Positions 58,434-64,000 of a stretch of DNA of 64,000 nucleotides are shown piece by piece. Every line of letters starts with the position of its first letter. Positions within the stretch are counted from its first letter, which is position 1. The notes under the pieces are model-generated. The model was not told where the DNA came from and did no database searches. It saw nothing but the letters and a program-made list of their open reading frames with translations. The translations under genes and the position numbers were made by a program. This DNA is from Polyangiaceae bacterium (GTDB lineage Bacteria > Myxococcota_A > Polyangia > Polyangiales > Polyangiaceae), in NCBI GenBank assembly GCA_050287085.1, contig JBNKBE010000027.1:1-64000 (forward strand), read 5' to 3'.

Positions 58434-60068
58434 GTGCGAGCTATTGCTTTAGCCTGTGCAATGGGTTTGGTCGGCTACTCTGAGCTCTTGGCTGCGCCGA
58501 CTTTGCATGAGAATTTCGACGCGCAGGGTCGCGCCGTTGAGGCCCCGGACGCACCGGAGCCAGCGGGCGCTTCGCTTGCACCGGCGTTGGCCCCGACGGG
58601 CGGGGCGGTCGCGGAAGGGGCGGTTGCGGAAGGGGCGGTTGCTGAGAGTCTGCCAGGCCTGCAGCTCGAGGACGGCGTTCCCGCGGCGACCGCAACTTAC
58701 GGGCACCAGCAGAGCGAGACGGGTTACCGCTTGGACAACGAGACTACCCGTCCAAGTCGCGTCGCGTATGATGATCCTTTCAGTCCAGCCATGCCGCCGT
58801 TCAAGCGGCTCTTTGCCTTCGACTGGATTCGGCCAGACTTCACCTTGGTGGTGTTTGAACCCTCACCGCAGCCGTTCGTCCCAGGCGAAGCAACCTCGTC
58901 CGCGGATGATCACTTCTTTGCGGATCTTGTTGTCCGCTCGGATGGCGTGCTCCCGGTGCGTGTGCCGACTGTGGGACCAGGAAGTCGGGTGGTCGCGGCC
59001 GCGCTCATGCCGGATTTCCCACTTCGTATGTTTCGGGACAGCGCGGAAAATCTATTTGTGGAGACTCGCGGAGCCGGTGAATTTCATCTGCGAGTACACT
59101 ACGCGATCGAACGTGCCGTGTTTGGCAGCGCCATGCGTGCTGGCGACGGCTGGTCGTCGTTGGCACCCTACCTCAGACCCTTGCCGTCAGAGGTGGCTGT
59201 GGCCGGGCAGCGGGTTCTCCGTCGACTCGGATTGAGCCGTGCCATGACCCCGGCAGCCGCGCTGGCGTCGCTGGTTCGCCATTTCCGATCGTTTGCCCCG
59301 TCCGACGTCGCGGCTCCTTTGCTCGAGCCAGCGGCGCTCTTCGAGGCCGTGGCGCTGGGAGCGGCGGGGGTCTGTCGTCATCGCTCATTTGCCTTCTTCG
59401 TGACGGCCATGGCCTTGGGTCTGCCCGCTCGTTTCGTTCACAATGAGGCCCACGCTTGGGTTGAAGTTCGAGACTCCCAGCGCTGGCATAGGATCGACCT
59501 GGGAGGGGCCGCGGGCGAAGTGGTGCTCAGTCAGCGCTCCGCAGCTCGTCATGTGCCGCCGGCGGATCCCTTCGCCTGGCCTGCCACGGCCCGCAGCGGC
59601 GCGGAAATGGTGACCGCGGCGGAGTCGGAGGCTGCCTCCAGCGGTGGTGACGACGCGGCTCCTGCGAGCAGGGAGCCGGCGGGTCCGGAGTCCGCCAACA
59701 ACGGCGAGCCAAGCGAGGAGCCAGCCCCCGCGCTTGCGGCGCCCGGGTCCAGCACAGCAGCGGTTGGGGAGCAGGTGGCTCGGCTCGCGCAGCTGACGTT
59801 GCACGTGGATACGAGTGGTCTGCGTCGAGGGGACGCCGTGGCTCTACGTGGCGAGGTTCGGAATTCGCTCGGTCCCTGCACCCTTGTGCCGGTGTCAGCT
59901 TATCTGGTTACGGGCGCGAATGAGTATCCCATCGGGACGCTCGTCAGCGACGAAGCTGGGGCCTTTGAGGGCTCCGTCATTGTGCCGCCTAGCATTCCGC
60001 TGGGGGATTACGAACTCGTTGTGCGCACGGCTGCCAGTGAAGGCTGTGGCGACGGTGAGGCTCGCTGA
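58434..60068 (+). CDS. Secreted transglutaminase-like protein
   Basis: Signal peptide, Cys-His-Asp triad (GVCRH, AHAWVEV, RIDLG) and a C-terminal Ig-like domain. Confidence 0.85.
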   Translation: MRAIALACAMGLVGYSELLAAPTLHENFDAQGRAVEAPDAPEPAGASLAPALAPTGGAVAEGAVAEGAVAESLPGLQLEDGVPAATATYGHQQSETGYRLDNETTRPSRVAYDDPFSPAMPPFKRLFAFDWIRPDFTLVVFEPSPQPFVPGEATSSADDHFFADLVVRSDGVLPVRVPTVGPGSRVVAAALMPDFPLRMFRDSAENLFVETRGAGEFHLRVHYAIERAVFGSAMRAGDGWSSLAPYLRPLPSEVAVAGQRVLRRLGLSRAMTPAAALASLVRHFRSFAPSDVAAPLLEPAALFEAVALGAAGVCRHRSFAFFVTAMALGLPARFVHNEAHAWVEVRDSQRWHRIDLGGAAGEVVLSQRSAARHVPPADPFAWPATARSGAEMVTAAESEAASSGGDDAAPASREPAGPESANNGEPSEEPAPALAAPGSSTAAVGEQVARLAQLTLHVDTSGLRRGDAVALRGEVRNSLGPCTLVPVSAYLVTGANEYPIGTLVSDEAGAFEGSVIVPPSIPLGDYELVVRTAASEGCGDGEAR

Positions 60069-60150
60069 GCCGTCCGTGGTGCCCGCTCCTCACGCGCCCA
60101 ACTCGCGGGGTTCTGGAGCGGCTCGCGACTGACTTTCCCCTCCGCGGGCC

Positions 60151-61728
60151 CTAAGGGCGCGCGTTCTTCTGTATCTCGAGCAGGGTCTTGCGCGCCTTGC
60201 TCAGTACGGCGCGCTGTCCGGATAGGTTTTCCGCAAGACGGACCTCTAGATCCACGCTGGCCTCATCGACCTCTCCCCGCCGATGCTCCGGTCCGCTCAG
60301 CTGACGTACGAGCGCGGTAATGTTCTCGATCGCTTCGGCGAGCTGGTGTCCGCCTCGGGATTGCTCTTGGGCCGCGCGCTCGACGTGCTGGGAGATGGTG
60401 CGCATCTTTTCTCCGGAGCTCATGATCAGCTCTGAACCGCGCGCTTGTTCTGCCGTAGCCGCAGCCACCTGCTGAACGGTTTCAGCGATGCGGCCAATCG
60501 AGTCCGTCACTTGGCGGCTACCCTTTGCCTGCTCCACCGTGGCGCGTGCGATGGCGCGAACCATATTCGTAGACTTCTGGGAGCTTTCCAGAATCTTCTT
60601 GAGAGCGCGCTCTGCTTCGTTCGACACTTCAACGCCGCGATCGACATTTTCTGCGCCGCGTTCCACCGCGTGTATCGCGTTGACGCTCTCTGCTTGGATC
60701 GTCTTGATGAGATCGGCGATCTCCTTGGTGCTGGCACCTGAACGCTCCGCCAAGTCCTTGATCTCATCGGCGACCACGGCAAAGCCCTTCCCGTGCTCCC
60801 CCGCCTGAGCCGCGATGATGGCGGCGTTCAGTGCGAGCAGGTTGGTCTGCTCGGCAACGTCATCGATCACGCTCAGAATCTGGCCAATGGCGCTGATACG
60901 TGTTCCGAGATTCGAGATCACGGAGACAGCTTCGATGCTGCTTTCTTTGATGCGGTAGATTTCCCCGATGGTCTTGAGGATGGCTTCCGCCCCCGTTTCT
61001 GCGTCGCGCGCTACCTCTTCGCTGAGTCGAGCCGTTTCGTTGGCGTTGGACTGTACCTGATCGATACTGACGTCCATTTCGTTCATGCTGGAGGCGGTTT
61101 CCTCCGCTGTTAGCGACAATGCGTCGACATTCTTCGCTACTTCTTTGATCGAGAACGTCATCTCCTCGATGCTCGCCACGGACTCACGAACGCTGCCTCC
61201 CAGCGCTTCGATGTTGTTTGCCATTTCCTCCGTTGTGGAGGTCATCTGGTAGACCGCGGAGCTGGATTCTTCAGTGCTCTTGGCCAGGCGCTCAACGTAG
61301 TCATTGGCTTCGGAGAAGGCGGCTCGGAGCAGTCGTGATTGTGCCGTTGCCTGCTCGCCGATTTGTTCCTGCTCCCCGAGCGTCTTGTCCAGCGTATCGA
61401 CCATCTGAATCAACGCCGTGCTGACGTCGTAGAGCCACGCATTGTCGACATCGGACGCTTGTGACTTATCCCCCGACGCCTTCAGCGCTGCGAGCTCCTT
61501 CTCCGTAGCCTCGAGGCTGCTTCGCAGACGGTCCTTCTCGCTTTCGAGGATGCGCTCCCGTTCAGGATCACCACCGCCCTGCCCATTGACCACCACTACG
61601 GCGCCCGCGGCAATCATGGCCATCAGGTACGCTGGGACCCGATACTCGGCATCGAAGAATACTAAGCCACCCGCTGCCGCAAAGGGCGCAAGGAGAGCGA
61701 GCATCGAGACAGGCGGAAACGATTTCAT
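60151..61728 (-). CDS. Methyl-accepting chemotaxis protein
   Basis: Two closely spaced N-terminal TM segments and [27 protein letters not shown]. Confidence 0.92.
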   Translation of the reverse strand: MKSFPPVSMLALLAPFAAAGGLVFFDAEYRVPAYLMAMIAAGAVVVVNGQGGGDPERERILESEKDRLRSSLEATEKELAALKASGDKSQASDVDNAWLYDVSTALIQMVDTLDKTLGEQEQIGEQATAQSRLLRAAFSEANDYVERLAKSTEESSSAVYQMTSTTEEMANNIEALGGSVRESVASIEEMTFSIKEVAKNVDALSLTAEETASSMNEMDVSIDQVQSNANETARLSEEVARDAETGAEAILKTIGEIYRIKESSIEAVSVISNLGTRISAIGQILSVIDDVAEQTNLLALNAAIIAAQAGEHGKGFAVVADEIKDLAERSGASTKEIADLIKTIQAESVNAIHAVERGAENVDRGVEVSNEAERALKKILESSQKSTNMVRAIARATVEQAKGSRQVTDSIGRIAETVQQVAAATAEQARGSELIMSSGEKMRTISQHVERAAQEQSRGGHQLAEAIENITALVRQLSGPEHRRGEVDEASVDLEVRLAENLSGQRAVLSKARKTLLEIQKNARP

Positions 61729-61891
61729 CGTGTGTGGGGGGCGTTGGCAGTAACGTCACCTGCCTCGGCACACTTTATGCGCCCCGGACCGGTGCGGCCA
61801 ATCTACGACGAGATAATCGCTCGGGGGGAGAGGGGCGCTCGCATTTCGGGCCCGGCGACCAAGGCTGAGGGAAGAACTGACCGGATGGGGG

Positions 61892-63265
61892 TCAGGGGGT
61901 GGCGCCTTGAGCCACAGCTGCGGTGTGAAACATCGGCTTGCCGCGGTCCAGCAGCTGGGCCGGGTCGTTGCCGATGGCCAACAGTATCGCTTGGGCCAGC
62001 GAGCGCCCGCTCTGCGCTAGCTCCTCGAGCGGCTCCAGAAAGCAGGTCTCGTCTTCGCCGGCGTTGTTTAGACGGCTGCGCCGCTCGAGGCCGCCTCTTG
62101 CGAAAGACAGCAATTGTTGCACTACAGCTCCGACCGGAGACCCATGCCAGCTTGCGTCAAGCCCGTGCCTCGCTACCGAATGCTGCAGCTGAACGGCTTC
62201 CGGCACGGTCAGCTCGGCCACCAGCTCCCAGGCCGCATCGAGGGCGATCGGGTCGTAGGCCAGGCCGACGAGTAAGGCTGGAATTCCGAGCGAAAATGGC
62301 GCTGGCATCGCGTCAAAGCCGCGAACTTCCAAGGTGGTTTTCAGGCGTACCTCGGGAAACAACGAACCCAAGTGGATGCGCCAATCGGCGTCCGTGGCGC
62401 GCTGTCCATCGAATCCGTGGAGCAGAAAATCGCGGAACGTTTGCCCGGCATTGACCACGTTGCCCGAGGGGCGCCGCAACATGAACATGCCGGCGTCGAG
62501 CGCCCACTGAACGTAGTCCGAATAGCGTGGCTTCTCCAGATCCCAAAGCGGCGCGAGCAGCCCACTGCGGGCTGGATCCATGTGTTGCCATACATCCAGG
62601 CGTTCGCTCAGCAGGGGGCTCTGCCGGCCTTCGATGAAGGGGGCGTTCACGAGCAGTGCCTGCAGGAAGGGCGTAACCTTGAGCAGCACCATGAGCTTGC
62701 GCATGGCGTCAGCTTCACTCTCGTAGTCTAGATTGACCTGCACGGTCGCCGTTCGCTGCATCATGTCGAGCGCGCGAGCTCCCCGCGTGGGCAGATACTT
62801 TCGCATCACGCCGTACCGCTCTTTGGGAACCCAGGGCAGCTGTTCGAGGCGAGCAAAGGGATGAAAGCCCGTGTGTAGCCAGTTCAATCCAAGTGGACGT
62901 CCAAGCGCCTCCAATTCATCCAGGTGCTCGTGGTACTCGGCGGCCACCTGATGTACGTCTGGCAAGGGCGAACCGGACAGTTCGACCTGTGCCCCCGGCT
63001 CGAGCGTGACATTTTGCTGTCCGCGCGTGAGGTAGATCACTGGCCCATCGGGTACTTCGCTGCCGGGTGTGAAGCCGCGGGCCATCAGCCCCTCAAACAG
63101 GGTCTGAACGCTGCGCTCACCCGAGTAGGCGAGAGGTGAGCCGTCCGCGAACACACCGAACTTTTCCGACTCCATGCCCACAAGCCACGTAGAGCGTGGG
63201 CGTTCAGCGGCGCGGAAGACCTCGGTCAGCGCGTCGATGTCAGACGATAGTTGGGGCGCGTTCAT
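61892..63265 (-). CDS. gshA: Glutamate--cysteine ligase (GCS2, plant/alphaproteobacterial type)
   Basis: GMESEKF, TLEPGAQVELSG, VPKERY, MMQRTATVQVNLD, FPEVRLK..LEVRG.D. Confidence 0.9.
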   Translation of the reverse strand: MNAPQLSSDIDALTEVFRAAERPRSTWLVGMESEKFGVFADGSPLAYSGERSVQTLFEGLMARGFTPGSEVPDGPVIYLTRGQQNVTLEPGAQVELSGSPLPDVHQVAAEYHEHLDELEALGRPLGLNWLHTGFHPFARLEQLPWVPKERYGVMRKYLPTRGARALDMMQRTATVQVNLDYESEADAMRKLMVLLKVTPFLQALLVNAPFIEGRQSPLLSERLDVWQHMDPARSGLLAPLWDLEKPRYSDYVQWALDAGMFMLRRPSGNVVNAGQTFRDFLLHGFDGQRATDADWRIHLGSLFPEVRLKTTLEVRGFDAMPAPFSLGIPALLVGLAYDPIALDAAWELVAELTVPEAVQLQHSVARHGLDASWHGSPVGAVVQQLLSFARGGLERRSRLNNAGEDETCFLEPLEELAQSGRSLAQAILLAIGNDPAQLLDRGKPMFHTAAVAQGATP

Positions 63266-63498
63266 GACAATGCTTGGGTCTCGACCAGAAGAGCTGCGAT
63301 CTAGGGCGAGGGCCGCCGCGCCGCAAGCGGCGTGTCCTGCTTACGACACGCAGCCGCGGTAGGTTGCTCTACCGCGCTGCTTTGCGAGCCCGGGCCGGCC
63401 GATGGGCGGTCCGTCGTGCGTGTGCCGCCGGGCGCGCGCCGCGCCGCGCCCCCCTTTCCGCTTCCGTCGAGTGCCTGTAGAGCAACCAGTGCGCCGCC

Positions 63499-64000
63499 AT
63501 GCCGGATTTCCCCGCAATCTATCAAGACGAACACCTCGTCGTGCTCAACAAGCCGTCTGGGTTGCTCGTCCATCGGGGATGGGCGCAGGATACCGTAACG
63601 GCGCTCAGCGTGGCTCGTTCGCTGGCAGGGCGATATGTCTTTCCCGTGCACCGTCTGGATCGCAGCGCTAGCGGCGTTTTGCTGTTTACCACCTCCGGCG
63701 ACTTGGCGCGGCGGATGCAGGAAGCCCTCCAAGCCGGCCAATGGCGCAAGCACTACATCGCTTTGGTGCGGGGCATCGTATCTGAGCGGGGAGTGATCGA
63801 CTATCCGCTGGCCAAAGAGCGCGGGGCTGAGCGTCGTCCAGCGCTATCTCGCTTTGCCCGGCTCGGTACCTTCGAACGTTATTCACTGGTTCTCGTTGAG
63901 CCGCTCACCGGTCGACTACATCAGATCCGCAAGCATTTCCGCCACGAAAGCCACCCGCTGATCGGCGATGTTCGCTACGGCAAGGCGGAGCACAACCGCT
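63499..64000 (+). CDS. RluA/TruC-family pseudouridine synthase (runs off the window)
   Basis: MPDFPAIYQDEHLVVLNKPSGLLVHR...PVHRLDRSASGVLLF...TGRLHQIRKH...HPLIGD. Absent from the ORF track because it has no stop in the window. Confidence 0.9.
   Translation, partial: MPDFPAIYQDEHLVVLNKPSGLLVHRGWAQDTVTALSVARSLAGRYVFPVHRLDRSASGVLLFTTSGDLARRMQEALQAGQWRKHYIALVRGIVSERGVIDYPLAKERGAERRPALSRFARLGTFERYSLVLVEPLTGRLHQIRKHFRHESHPLIGDVRYGKAEHNR

Overview
GC-rich bacterial chromosomal window (roughly mid-60s % GC by eye). It is probably myxobacterial, inferred from TIGR02266-type PilZ and MXAN_5187-like proteins, a Ser/Thr kinase, an FHA protein and many lipoproteins. Most of it is core or housekeeping DNA: eno, phoH, a PBP, ftsEX plus an EnvC-like gene, coaX, pcnB, proB, sppA, a UDPGP, gshA, a TruC/RluA-like gene, a SNF2 helicase, a GH43 and an MCP. 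Three areas stand out. (1) 1-3.8 kb is a decayed islet bounded by an exact 63-bp direct repeat at the 3' end of tRNA-Arg(UCG). It holds a frameshifted type I-G (I-U) csb2 (Cas5/Cas6) gene, a probable csb1 tail and an amber-interrupted PD-(D/E)xK nuclease; no canonical CRISPR array is visible. (2) 21.2-30.9 kb is an unusual divergent module. One arm encodes a small HDLxK protein, a sigma54 activator whose receiver has a Cys/His-rich insert, a TPR-rich membrane histidine kinase and an atypical stand-alone receiver. The other arm encodes a secreted VIT-vWA protein and a beta-propeller protein, and each arm has a sigma54-type promoter. This is the best candidate for an undescribed system. (3) 31-33 kb is a junk patch with an IS66 fragment fused to an antitoxin and a truncated ParE toxin. 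Several apparent pseudo-enzymes and an unlisted 40-aa basic ORF were also noticed. All family calls come from motif recognition by eye; no database searches were run.
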